From positions 1 to 64,000 of the forward strand of contig JAADVB010000090.1 in the NCBI GenBank assembly GCA_023334545.1: 64,000 nucleotides of DNA, given 5' to 3'. Positions 12,690 to 23,859 of this stretch are shown in pieces. A program made the translations under genes and the position numbers. Below the pieces are notes generated by a model. It saw only the letters and a program-made list of their open reading frames with translations. It ran no database searches and was not told where the DNA came from. This stretch comes from Salisapilia sapeloensis CBS 127946. Taxonomy: Eukaryota > Protista > Oomycota. How positions within the stretch are numbered: the first letter of the stretch is position 1; each line of letters begins with the position of its first letter.

Positions 12690-13444
12690 TTAGAATTTCA
12701 CATACGTAGCTTTCTTGACAGGTTCCGACTCGGTCGAGCCCTCAGCTGGATGGTCGATCGAGTCGTCGTCGCCAAACGTCTTCTTGGTATTCTTGCGTTC
12801 ACCTCCGATCTGTCCGTCGGCGTTGATTTTCGTTGACGGACAGTCCTTGGCTAAATGGAGTACGCTCCCACACATCTTGCAACTACCTCCTTTCGGGTAG
12901 ATACCGGTGGTCGACTGAGGACACTGGTTGCTCAAGTGCCCTTGCTCGTTACAGACAAAGCAAGTCGCATACGACGTTCCGTTGTTCTTGCGTGGGTTCG
13001 GACAGTCTCTCAGTCGATGGTCATTCGAGCCACAGTTGAAGCACAGGTTACTATTTGCGTCGCCAGCGCTAGAGCTCGACTGCGGACAAGTGGCTGAGGT
13101 ATGCCCACGACGACGACATCGGAAGCACGTTTTACTCGCATCTTCTTCACCACGCTTCGGACAATCCTGTTTCCGATGGTCTATCCTGGCAATGTTAGAT
13201 GCAAGCTACCATGTACAAGTAACAAAGTGTATGTACCTGATTGACCGCATACCCAACAGCCATTGCCAATGCCATTCTTCAGATTCTCCTGTTCCTCTTT
13301 CTTGGCTCGTATTTTGGCTAAAACTTCCTTCCGTTTGTCCTCTTTCTGCTGCCGTTTCTGTTTCTTAAACTCTTTGCCCTTGGCTTTCTTGGCTTTCCGT
13401 CGCTCTCGACGTAGCGCAAGGATGGCTGCTCGATCGTCCGTCAT
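12690..13444 (-). CDS. ZCCHC9: Multi-CCHC zinc-knuckle protein, ZCCHC9-like (2 exons)
   Basis: Lys-rich N-terminus. After splicing there are five knuckle-like motifs, including CWVCGQSDHRKQDC, CFNCGSNDHRLRDC, CFVCNEQGHLSNQC and the ZCCHC9-typical GIYPKGGSCKMCGSVLHLAKDC. Confidence 0.8.
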
Positions 13445-13533
13445 GGTTTCTGGGATTGACTGGCGTGGACCGAGTATACAAATATCAAGTTACTTTGGCT
13501 GCCAGTCGTTTGCGAGCCATTAAAACAGTAAAA

Positions 13534-14055
13534 ATGGCGAAAGCAGTGTGTACGCTATATGGAGATGATCAGGCCGTCTACGGCACGCTCACACTAACTC
13601 AAGTACGTTTGCTTTTACTAGTATGCATGGGATGTTTATTTACGTTTATGTAGGCGCATGAAGATGCCAAGACCCAGATCACGGGCGAATTAAAGAATTT
13701 GACGGCTGGCAAGCATGCTTTCCATGTGAACGTATTTGGCGACTTGAGCCAAGCTGCTGGCGCTTCGACGGGTGGTGTGTTCAACCCGTTCGGCAAGAAC
13801 CATGGCGGCCCAGAAGATGAGGAGCGCCGTGTCGGCAGCCTTGGCAACATTGAGGCGGAAGGCGAGGAAGGAGCTGCTAAAGTGCATGTCGAGGACGCGC
13901 TCGTGAAGCTGATTGGCCCGCACTCGGTCATCGGCCGATCGCTCGTGGTGCACGCGAACGAGGACGACTTGGGCAAGGGCGGTCAGGAGCTGTCGCTACA
14001 GAACGGCAACGCTGGCGCGATCGTCGCATTCGGTGTCATTGGCATCTCGAGCTAA
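13534..14055 (+). CDS. Cu/Zn superoxide dismutase-fold protein, predicted catalytically inactive (2 exons)
   Basis: Intron 13603-13653. The spliced protein aligns end to end with SOD1 (MAKAVC...GKHAFHV..FGD...FNP...HGGP...GRSLVVH..EDDLGKGG...GNAG...GVIG), but most metal ligands are substituted. Confidence 0.9.
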
Positions 14056-14430
14056 GTCGAGACGACGTAATCCAACTTCTTTTGGCATTTTCCAAAAGAA
14101 AAAGAACTTTTTTCTTTATTTCGGTATGACCATCCGGTCGATCTGATCCGGCATGAACCCTTGCCTGACCTGTTGGATTGTATGCACGTTTATCTAGCTA
14201 TAGTGATAGATGTCGATGCGTTTTGTATGGATGATGATGATGTTTAGTCGATCGATGTATACCGCTTTCGATTGCCGACTCTTGTAAAAGAACGATTAGT
14301 GTGAACTGTAGCATCGGCACGTGCGACCGAGGTCGAACCAGCTGCTCGAGGAATTTTATGCCCTGTGTAACGCAGGTCAGATCGAGAGGAAGGCTTTGTA
14401 AGGCTCTTTTGCCCAATTTGACAAACGACT

Positions 14431-15683
14431 ATGCAACAGCCAAAGTACTTGCCGAGCTACTGGTCAGCGGATGATCAGGAGATTTTTGAGAACTTGCTAC
14501 TGCCCGTGAAGACTGAGCCGTCGCCAGGGCCACATGGAGACGCTACGGCCTCGGCGCTGTCTGAAATCCTGCACTGTACCTCACCTACCATTAATTTGAT
14601 GGTCCCGTCGAAGCGACTCGAGCTTCCCACGACTGCGTTTCAGACGTCAAGCGAACCGATGGAGATGGGATCGAAACGACGGACGAATGAAGAGCGTCTT
14701 GCGAAACACCGGGAAGCCCAGCGCCGGTTTATTCAGCGAAAAAAGGTTCGCGCCCCACTTGCTATTATTTTCTACCCATCTACCGTACGTACTTATTGAC
14801 ACTGTATTTGTCATTCTAGGCAGCGAGGGAACGTGCGAAGCGATTGGCAGTGGAATTGGAGAAACAGGTTCAGCTTCTAGAACTACTTTCGGAGAAGGAG
14901 TCATTGGAAAAGGAGAATGCACGGCTCTTGTCGCAGTGCAATGACATGGTCGTCACATATGACCAAAACCAGATCGACGCAAGACTCGACGCCGAGATGC
15001 GGCAAGTCGAGAGTCGATACAAACTGCTTGATCAAGACCAGTACGCTGTTTTGATCCATGAATCGCTTCGAGAGTTGGATAAAATCACAAACGACCCGAA
15101 CGTGACGCCATCAGGGTTCAACGCCATGGGCTGGACGGACCGTCGATGGGTCGATAAAGACGTCGTCAAGTTCATCGTCTCGAAAGAGTACAAATACGCC
15201 CACGCGATTGAAGTCATGAATAAGACGTGGGCGACGAATTTTTGTCCGAAAACGTACGCTGCGGTCTTTAACCCGGCACTGACGATTAAACTGCACATCC
15301 TCCAGCGACTCAACGACGACGCTGTGGTCGCATGCCGACTGATCTGCAACCCACAGACGGGCGCCATCAGTCGGTCCATCGATCTCTTCTCCCGGATCCG
15401 GCGCGCGGATGATTACGTAATCATCACGAGAAGTTTGACGGGGTTCGTTGCCAACTCGAGTGGAGCAGACGCCAAGCCGAATACCGCAGTGTTTACATGG
15501 CTACGCTTCCGCCCGACGGCGGGGGAGGATGAGAGCGGATGTGACTTTAGCTACGGCGGTCGCTTGAGTAAATGCGTGACGGGCACGAGTCGCTATTGGC
15601 TCATGGAAGTGTTTTTCATGGCGCTTCGGTATGAAGGCATGATGTTCCAACCGGGTCTCTTCTCCGTGACGAATGGAAACTAG
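14431..15683 (+). CDS. bZIP-like transcription factor with oomycete-type C-terminal domain (2 exons)
   Basis: Intron 14746-14819. Basic region KRRTNEERLAKHREAQRRFIQRKK|AARERAK is followed by a heptad zipper (L-x6-L). The C-terminus resembles the START-like fold seen in oomycete bZIPs. Confidence 0.75.
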
Positions 15684-15872
15684 TTGATGCAATTTTTGGT
15701 GTAAGCACCTCTTCGAGTAGGAAGAGTGGGGAAGAACGTGAAGTAATGTAAATTTTGACAAAGTAGATCGACTTGGAGTACTCGTTTTTACCTGTAAATA
15801 TTAATATGCTTGTCAGATGTAGAAATGAAATGGAACCTTTTAGAGATGATACTGTAGCAGGCAAGTGATAAA

Positions 15873-16957
15873 ATGAGCTCGACGAGGTCCGTGGCGCCGA
15901 GTGCGAGTGAAATCGAGTTCCAGGTGCGTTATTACGGCTTTTTCTTTGATGCTGTTAATGTAGATAGGACGATGGAACTGAGTGGAGGGTATACTAGGCG
16001 GAGCATGAACTTGTGGGCATCGTACCCCACTTTACACTGCGTGACAATGACGGCCTGCTAAACTTAATAAGCGTACGATACTCGTTCATGCATGTCCTGA
16101 AGCACGCGAAGATGACACGATGTACGCTAGGGTGACTTTGGACCGTTCCAAGCTGGTATGACTACTGCGGTACCATTGTGGCTGGCGGTGATGCTTAAGC
16201 AACAGCACAAGTGTCGCATCATGGCACCGTCATGGCTATCTGTTGGTGCGTGTGGCGTTTCCAATATCCAGTGGACATGTAGGAACTCATGCATGCAATA
16301 GAGTATTTGACACAGCGATTGGAGCAGGAGAAGCAGAGCAATGCATTTGAAGAACTTCCGTATCACTATCTAGAAGTGTCATCTCTGCTCTTCCAGCATG
16401 CAGCCGATGACATCGATCAGGTGGAGCACATTCGATCTCTTATCGAAGACCTCCAGAACATACGTCAAGACAAGATTCGCAACGGTCTTTACCGGATCTC
16501 GAATGACGTTCAAACTGGTGGTACGGCCTATGCTGTCCAGGTACGTATTGCACTGGCATGAATAAGAGTAAAGTGCTGAAGTGTGTCTGCTAGCTGAACA
16601 ACATTTCCGCAATGGAAATCAACTCTGTCCGGAAGCTAATGACCTCGGTAAGATGTGTCGATATGGTGTTTGAGTTGGTGATACTGATGAACAAGTATAG
16701 TCTCTGAATCAATTTTACGAATTGGTACAACTACGGGAAGTTAGTGGTATGCTCTTGCATCTATTCGATATCAGGACGAGTATGCTAAGCTAGCACTAGG
16801 TGGGGACGACATGTCGACACAATCATCTAGTCAAGTCTACTCAGACCAGCGAGGTACCATACAAATTTGCTATACCTAGGAGTATCAATGTAAAAGTATG
16901 TGTGTCATAGGCGAAGGAACGCCCGTGCAACGACTTCGACGCTTTCGAAATGACTGA
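15873..16957 (+). CDS. GINS2: GINS complex subunit 2 (Psf2), multi-exon
   Basis: Spliced exons give EFQAEHELVGIVPHF...GDFGPFQAGMTTAVPLWLAVMLKQQHKCRIMAPSWL and FEELPYHYLEV...IRSLIEDLQNIRQDKIRNG, which are Psf2 signatures. The 3' exon boundaries are approximate. Confidence 0.9.
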
Positions 16958-17021
16958 TCTAGAGGAGAGTCTTTGGCAAGTAGGAATGGCAGTATCAAAA
17001 GTTTCCGACTGTATGTTTGTC

Positions 17022-17240
17022 TTATTTCCCTAGTGGTCGATATATGACTCCATTCTCATTGCTCTGGTATGGCGTGGGCGTCACTGGAATCGGATTCACA
17101 TGCGTCGGCTGCTTGAGCTGCTCAACAGCTTGTGCCTGACGTTCACGCTCTCGCTTATCTTCCTCTGCAGCAGCAACGCAGCATACTCCACAAAGCGCAG
17201 CGCAGGCAAGGCATCCACAAGCGTCCTCAGCTTCAGTCAT
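17022..17240 (-). CDS. Small (72 aa) protein with N-terminal cysteine cluster
   Basis: ATG-initiated ORF MTEAEDACGCLACAALCGVCCVAAAEEDKRERERQ..., with coding-like composition. It fills the gap between GINS2 and the RRM gene in the alternating orientation typical of this window. Confidence 0.55.
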   Translation of the reverse strand: MTEAEDACGCLACAALCGVCCVAAAEEDKRERERQAQAVEQLKQPTHVNPIPVTPTPYQSNENGVIYRPLGK

Positions 17241-17413
17241 TCTATCGAAATGGCGTCGAGTCGCGTAAGCGGAGGCATTTCTTCCAGAATTGCTGGCTTG
17301 ATTCGCACCTTTTCACAGTATCTTGATACCATCTTTCCAAGATCTCTTTGTCTTATTGAATGTATTGTCTGATAACGTCGAAACGGTTGGCGTCAGTGAT
17401 ACACTTGATCGAG

Positions 17414-18628
17414 ATGTCGGACGAGAAGGAGCTATGGCGCGACCGGAACAAGGTCTTTGTGGCTGGTTTACCACGTCATGTCGATGATGATTCGCTGTAT
17501 GAGAAGTTCCAAGACTGTGGTGAGATGTTTCAAGCCAAGGTCGTGTATGACAAGAACACTGGTAACTCGAAAGGCTTTGGCTTTCTCACCTTTTGCGAGT
17601 ACGTCGGAGCTTTAAATGCCGTCGAAAAGATGAACGGAACGGTATGTACTTGCTACCTACTTTCTATCGAGCCAATTATTCATGTATGCAAGTAGAAATG
17701 GGAGAAACGAACTCTAAATGTCCGATTCTTGGAACCAAAGAATGGCGCAGCAGCTCCTGCTGCACCAGCAAAAGCTCCAGCAAAGAAGCTGCATCGAGTC
17801 CAGCCAGAAGGATGTACCACCGTGTATGTTGGCAATCTCTCCTATGACATCAATGAAGAGGTTGTACGTCGTGTGTTTGGTGCATGTGGAGACATCCAAG
17901 CCATTCGCTTCGCCGAGCACATTCAGACGAAAGAGTTTCGAGGCTTTGCCTACGTCCAATTCCATGAAGAATCCGCATGTGCTGCAGCCGTTGGCTGTGA
18001 TGGCATGGTAGTCATGGGTCGACCAATGGTCGTGGACTACAACGACAGCAGTGAAGAAGCTGGCGAGAAGCGAGAGGATTTCCAGAAAAAGCTCAAGAAA
18101 GGAATATGCCACAAGTTCCAGAAAGGAGAGTGCCAACGAGGTGACGCGTGCAAGTTCGCACACATGGTCGAGGCATCCGAGCCACCTGTGGCATCCGAAC
18201 CTCCTGCCGTACCTCAGGGGGAATCCACGGACGAGACACCAGTCTGCCAGAGCTTTATCAAGGGCAAGTGCAAGCGTGGTAGCAAGTGTCGCTTCCGACA
18301 CGAGACGACGGACGACTTGAAGGAGACACCAGCAGAGGACGTAGCAGAGGAGGCAGAGGAAGCAGAGGACGGTACGCCAATCTGTCAGAACTTTGTCAAG
18401 GGCAAATGCAAGCGTGGGAGCAAGTGCCGCTTCCGACATGGAACAGCAGAAGTAGAGAGTGGAAATGAAGTAGTAGAGGAGACGCCGGAGGAAGTAGAGG
18501 ACGGCACGCCGATCTGTCAGAACTTTGCCAAGGGCAAGTGTAAGCGTGGTGATAAGTGCAAATTCATTCACTCCAAGAAGCGCAAAGCAGAAGACGTCGA
18601 GGCAAGTAGCAAACGTCCACGAGAATAA
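17414..18628 (+). CDS. RNA-binding protein: 2 RRM + 4 CCCH zinc fingers (2 exons)
   Basis: RNP motifs KVFVAGL/SKGFGFLTF and TVYVGNL/FRGFAYVQF. Intron 17642-17695. Four C-x7-C-x5-C-x3-H fingers. Confidence 0.9.
18238..18571 (+). repeat. Three tandem intragenic copies of a CCCH-finger module with about 130-bp periodicity
   Basis: Near-identical DNA units (ac.cc..tctg.cag..cttt..caagggcaa.tg.aagcgtgg) at about 18238, 18374 and 18506, encoding TP[VI]CQ[SN]FxKGKCKRGxKCxFxH. Confidence 0.85.
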
Positions 18629-18657
18629 CTTTTTTTTACTGTTACAATTCTTGTAGT

Positions 18658-19919
18658 TTATCTAGAACAGCGTCGAGCTAGCGCCTCTGTCTCTTGTACG
18701 TCTTTGCTGAACCATTTGTGACCAAGAACCTTGTCTGTCGAGATACGTCGAGCTGGATTCATACGTAGCATCTGCGAGATCAAGTCTTTGGCTTCTGGCG
18801 AGATCGATTGCCATAGCTCATTCGTCTTGTCAAAGTCTCCCGAGAGGATCTGTTTCTTTAATTCTTCATCTGATGCGTCGTTATTCGGATCGAATGGATG
18901 ACGACCGCAGAGAACGATGTAGAGGACGACGCCGAGTGCCCAAATGTCGATCGCTCGACTCGGACTCTCTTCTGTGAGGAACTCTGGCGCTGCGTACGCT
19001 GTGGTTGCGACACCACTGCGGCTACTACGTGTGCGTTCGTTCTCCAGATTCTCTCGAAAGGCGAGACCAAAGTCGATGAGACGCATGAGAGACGAGTCGT
19101 CGCCGTTGTTTAGGAGGATGTTCTCGGGTTTTATGTCAGCGTGAACGACTCGCTTTGAATGGAGGAATTGGAGGGAGAGGACGAGTTCCTGGATAAGGAC
19201 TTTGGCTTCGTCTTCAGAGAAGATGCCGTCCGTGACGAGACTTTCGTATAACTCGCTGCCATGGACGAGGTCTGTCACGAGGACGTACGAGTCTAGTGCA
19301 TGTTTAAGTCTAGTAGAAGAGTGGATGATGAATAGAAGGATCTACCGGCAGTTTCAAAAGCGTCTCGTAACGCGACAATATTCTGATGTCCACCAACAAT
19401 GGAGAGGATGCGTACTTCCTGTAGGAATTTCCTATACAGATCGATAAGCATGGAGAAAGTAGGTCTTCAAGAGCGAATGACATACTCTTTCGATGTAAAT
19501 TCTTTCGGTACACGTTTAATAGCCACGGGAGCCTTGGATTCTCGATGCACGCCCAAATGCACTTGACCAAAGCCACCTAGGTACGATTAGTACTTTTCTA
19601 CTCGAATGCTTATGATATCCGACATACCTTCGCCAATGACATTCCCTAGCACATACTCTCGTTGTATCTGAGGCTGTCTTTTTAACCAAACGTCTTGCTG
19701 TTCAGATGGAGACGCTAGCGATCGCGTAGATGGCACAAATCGAAAGCTGTCGGAACTCGTCTCTTGCCACGCCTCCTCACTCGATGACAGAGCTACGACG
19801 CCTGCTGCAATACCAGCAGCCGTAGCCGTGATTGCGACGGCATTACTCGACATATTCCGTCGATACGCACGTGTCTTGGCGAGTGCGTGCCGCAAGACAT
19901 GCTGCTGCGCTCTTCTCAT
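18658..19919 (-). CDS. CAMK-group Ser/Thr protein kinase with N-terminal mitochondrial-like presequence (4 exons)
   Basis: Splicing three short introns gives GEG|GFGQV, VAIK, HADIKPEN, DFG, YAAPE and DIWALGV. The N-terminus is Arg/Ala-rich and followed by a hydrophobic stretch. Confidence 0.9.
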
Positions 19920-20035
19920 GCTTTTCAATACAAATTCCTTATGACGCAGCTGACTTGAGAGCTATATTTAGTCTGGGGTGGATTTAAGCAGACAGATAAA
20001 CTGACGTATAGTGCCTACCACAGCATAACGGAACG

Positions 20036-22880
20036 ATGATGCGTCTGGTAGCAGCGATCCTGCTGCTCTTACTAGCGTCTCCTGCGTATGGGATCTTTGA
20101 GGATCAAGTAGGGGAGTTTGACTGGAAGATGGAGAACATTGGTCGAGTGGAAAGAGCGTCTTTCGGACCGGAAGGTGGTGCCATGAAGGCACTGTACGTG
20201 GCATCGGATGAGCGGTCGAGAGCTTTTGCTCGACTCGATGTGGACTCGGGTGATATAGTGTGGCGTCAAGTGCTTATGCAAGGTAGTTGGGAGATTGCAT
20301 ATGTGCTTATAATGTATGCTTAATTGGTATTTGGATCTAGATGATGCGATTGAGGATATGCATGTGACGGAAGACGGTGTGCTCATCGCTTCTGGCGGTA
20401 AGAATATTCGCATGTGGGATACTCAAGACGGTACGTTGCGTTGGGACCATACGATCGTCCAAAGCACATTGAAATCTTCGTTTATCGGCATCTTGCCAAC
20501 GACGAGCAAGCAAGCAGTCGTGGTTTCCACCTCCTCTGCTGCTCTCATGGACTTGACGACCGGTGATAAAGTATGGGAGACTTCATTCGAGAAGGATTCG
20601 ATAGTGAATGGCTATGCTCACCTCTCATCCGATTCCTCTACTCTCTTTGTCGTCCTCCAGACGGACGATGGTGCCTCTGGCCTTCGCATTGGACTAGCTG
20701 ATGGCAAGGTCCAAGACCTCAGTCTTTCCTCTTCTTCGAATGTCGTCGGACTGCGGAAGACAGAGGGAGAACAAGCATCCATCGTCTCTGTCTCCGTGTC
20801 TGAATCGAGTGTCACGATCGAATCGTTCGATACTTCCTCTACCCAAACGACCAAGCTAAGTGCTTTAGGCGTATCGGACGATACGATCCAGTCTCTAGAG
20901 TCTAGTGTAGAGTCTTTTGTTGTCCTCAAGCTCTCGTCTGGACAGCGAGTCGTTTGTAAGCTCGAGTCTTCTCTCTCTTTGTCGCCTATCACTGTCCTCT
21001 CTGCTGATGGAGCTGTGTCGAAAGTTACTGGCGATAACTCTTTCATAACGCATACGACCGTCGTTGAGGACAAGAATGCCGTATCAACCGCATTCTACGC
21101 TACCTCCGACTCTACGCTGCCGAAAACGAGTGAGACGGACGTTAAGCTTCCATCAGGCATGACGGATGCATCCTCTTCCTTTGTCTCTTGTGATACCAAC
21201 CTCCACTGCGTCCATTTGCTCGTTATGCAAGACGATACACTCGTCTTCATGGACGAAAGTCACAAGTGGACGCGAGAAGAGGCACTGGGGAACGTGAAAC
21301 AAGTGCATTGGATCACACCGATCGAGTCGGATGCTGAGAAGCAGGGTCTGACGAACCTCCCGACGTTCACACAAGAGCTCGAGCTCGAAGTCGCTCGTCT
21401 CCAGACCTTGTATGAGCACATCGTGGCATACTTTTCCACTCCTGCAGTCAAGGAGACGAAGCGTCAGGAATCTCGGAACGCCCATTTGTTCGGCTTCTCG
21501 AAACTTGCGCTGGCACTAACGGAAAGTGGCAAGCTCTTTGCCATTCGAGTGGAAGCGAATACGATTGCTTGGAGCAAGTTCGTCGGTCCGGATGCCCAGC
21601 TCCATGTGATGCGAGACCATCCGGCCGTCGGGACTGGTGCCGAGTTGCTGCTGACGTATGCAGACGGGAAGATGGTGTGGCTGGATGGAGATGACGGCAA
21701 GGTCGTCGAAGAGATCGTTGGTACAGGCAAATATGCTGTCGTCATGCCCAAGCATCGACAGCATGCGGATGAAGACGTCGTGTCGAAACGTGGCGTCGCG
21801 CTCATTGCGTCCGATCTGTCCGTCCAGTTATATCCTTCGGAAGCGCTCGCGAGCGACGTGCATGACTTTTTCTTTTATCGCTTTGATTCGATTGCCAATG
21901 CCTTCCATGGCTTCCGTATGCAGCATCTTCATGAACGGCTGCAGGTACATGAAACCTGGTCGATCGTTCTTCCGAAAGACGCACGTGTCGTCGCCAACGC
22001 TCGTCCGAAGGAAGCTGCGGCCGTGGATTCGTCCGTCACCATCACAGGCGATGGATCTCTCCTCGTCAAGTACTTAAACCCGCATTTATTCGGCGTCTCG
22101 ACGCTCACGTCAGATGGAGACAGCAATACGTTGGAAGTGATGCTGATTGACTCTGTCTCCGGTCGTGTCGTCCATCGTGCTCGTCATACACAAGCGAGTG
22201 AACCGGTCGAGATGGCGCAGAGTGAGAATTGGGTCGTGTACACATACTGGAACGATCGAGAGAAGCGTACGGAGCTCGTGTCACTCTCGCTCTTCGATGG
22301 CGCAGTGGGTTCCCATGGTCTCAACCCTTGGAAACGTCCGATGTGGTCGGATACGCGCTCGTCGTTTGACCCGAAAGCACCGTTCGTGCTCCAGAAGAAC
22401 TATGTCTTCCCGTCCCAAGTGTCCACATTGGGTGTCACGACGACGGCTCGTGGTATCACTCCAGAGTTCTTGCTCGTCGGTCTTGCCAACGGTCAGATCT
22501 TCAAGCTGTCGAAGGGATTGATTGATCCGAGACAACCTGAGAGAGCTCCAACGCCAGAAGAACAGGCAGAGGGATTGATGCAGTACCATGCGTTACTGCC
22601 TCTCCACTCGCATGCGATCCACATGATCACATACAACCAGAGTATCGCGAACTTGGACAAGATTACCACTGCACCAGCAGAGCTCGAAAGTACGACACTT
22701 GTGTTTGCGTACGGATTGGACTTGTTCTACATGCGTGTGGCACCTGCTAAGGCGTTTGACTTGTTACCGTCGGACTTTAACTACGAGATGCTGATCGTCT
22801 TGTGTCTGACGTTTGTTGCGGCGACGTTGTTGACGAGAGCATTGGCGCAACGAAAGGCGCTGCACGAGGCTTGGAAGTAG
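20036..22880 (+). CDS. EMC1: ER membrane protein complex subunit 1 (2 exons)
   Basis: Signal peptide followed by IFEDQVGEFDW. Intron 20283-20340. PQQ-like propeller, then the conserved C-terminus GDGSLLVKYLNPH...DPRQP...ELESTTLVFAYGLDLF...FDLL..DFNY plus a TM helix. Confidence 0.95.
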
Positions 22881-22909
22881 AGAAACGAGAGAATACAGAA
22901 CGAAAGAGT

Positions 22910-23619
22910 TCACGACATGATATTGAGGTTGATAGAATAGATCTTGATGAACGGATGACTGCCGGAGAGTATACATAGGTCGATGGTAGCGACAGTAGTG
23001 TGGATGGGGAGGACGGTAGTGTCTTGCGACAGTGTATGGAACGAGTGGTGGGTCGTTGGTGTAGATAGAGAGGGGGATATTCGTAGCTGAACGTTTTTAA
23101 TGCATTCGCAATGGACGTCGATACTTTCGACGGCACTTGGCTGTCGTAATTCTAGACGTAGGAATTGTGGGAAGAGGCCAGTGGTGAGCCAAAAGGACGA
23201 CGTGGAAGAGTGGAGGATGTTGGAGGGAGGGTGGTCCATTGCAAAACTCGAGCCGAGCACTTCGGCGACGAGGACGGAGAACGGTTCATCGTTCATATGG
23301 CTCGGATTGGTTTCTTCCGATACGGTGCCAAGCGTGGAGCGAGGCTTGGCTGAGATGGGACGATAGGACGTCCGTCGCTCCGTGGGTTTATTTAGACCCT
23401 GGGATACGTCGTCTTCAAGCTCAGTCATTAAGCCTCGCAGCTGCTCGGCTAGAGAAGCTCGACGCTCGGTATCCGTGGTACTCGAGATCAACCGGCGTAG
23501 CTCGTCAACCTACATTTGTATGAGCGACGGTCAAATTTTCCATGTAATGCAAACAAGACCTGAGCGGACAAATCTGCTGCATCCTTGCCGAGTGCCAACG
23601 GCATGGCGTTTAAAGGCAT
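22910..23619 (-). CDS. IFT25/HSPB11-like galactose-binding-domain protein with N-terminal helical extension (2 exons)
   Basis: DHPPSNIL...FWLTTGLFPQFLRLEL resembles IFT25 (HPPENI...FWxTTGxFPQ). An upstream exon MPLNAMPLALGKDAADLSAQ splices in frame to VDELRRLISS. Confidence 0.65.
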
Positions 23620-23859
23620 GCGACGTGCTATTGAGACTTGCGTATAAAAATTTCCTCGCGATCCGTTTTACATGTTAAACGGATTGGTGTATTTCAACTT
23701 CAATCTGGTCTATACTTTGATCAAGAGAATGATAAACGTGGAAACCTCATTGGCCATCTAGACTTCAAGTCGAACGGATCGACTTTCTACCTTGGTCCTT
23801 TTACCAGCTCACTTTCGCTTTGGACGAGAAACCCTCAAGCCAAGAGTAATACGACCAAG

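Noticed and set aside
23638-23859. 5' extension of the CBS ORF, and similar TTG/GTG-started extensions at 122, 11884, 19928, 29106, 51018 and 57410
   Set aside because: Most are non-ATG ORF-finder starts and the rest lie upstream of a better-fitting ATG. The downstream ATGs give sensible N-termini, including signal or transit peptides where expected.
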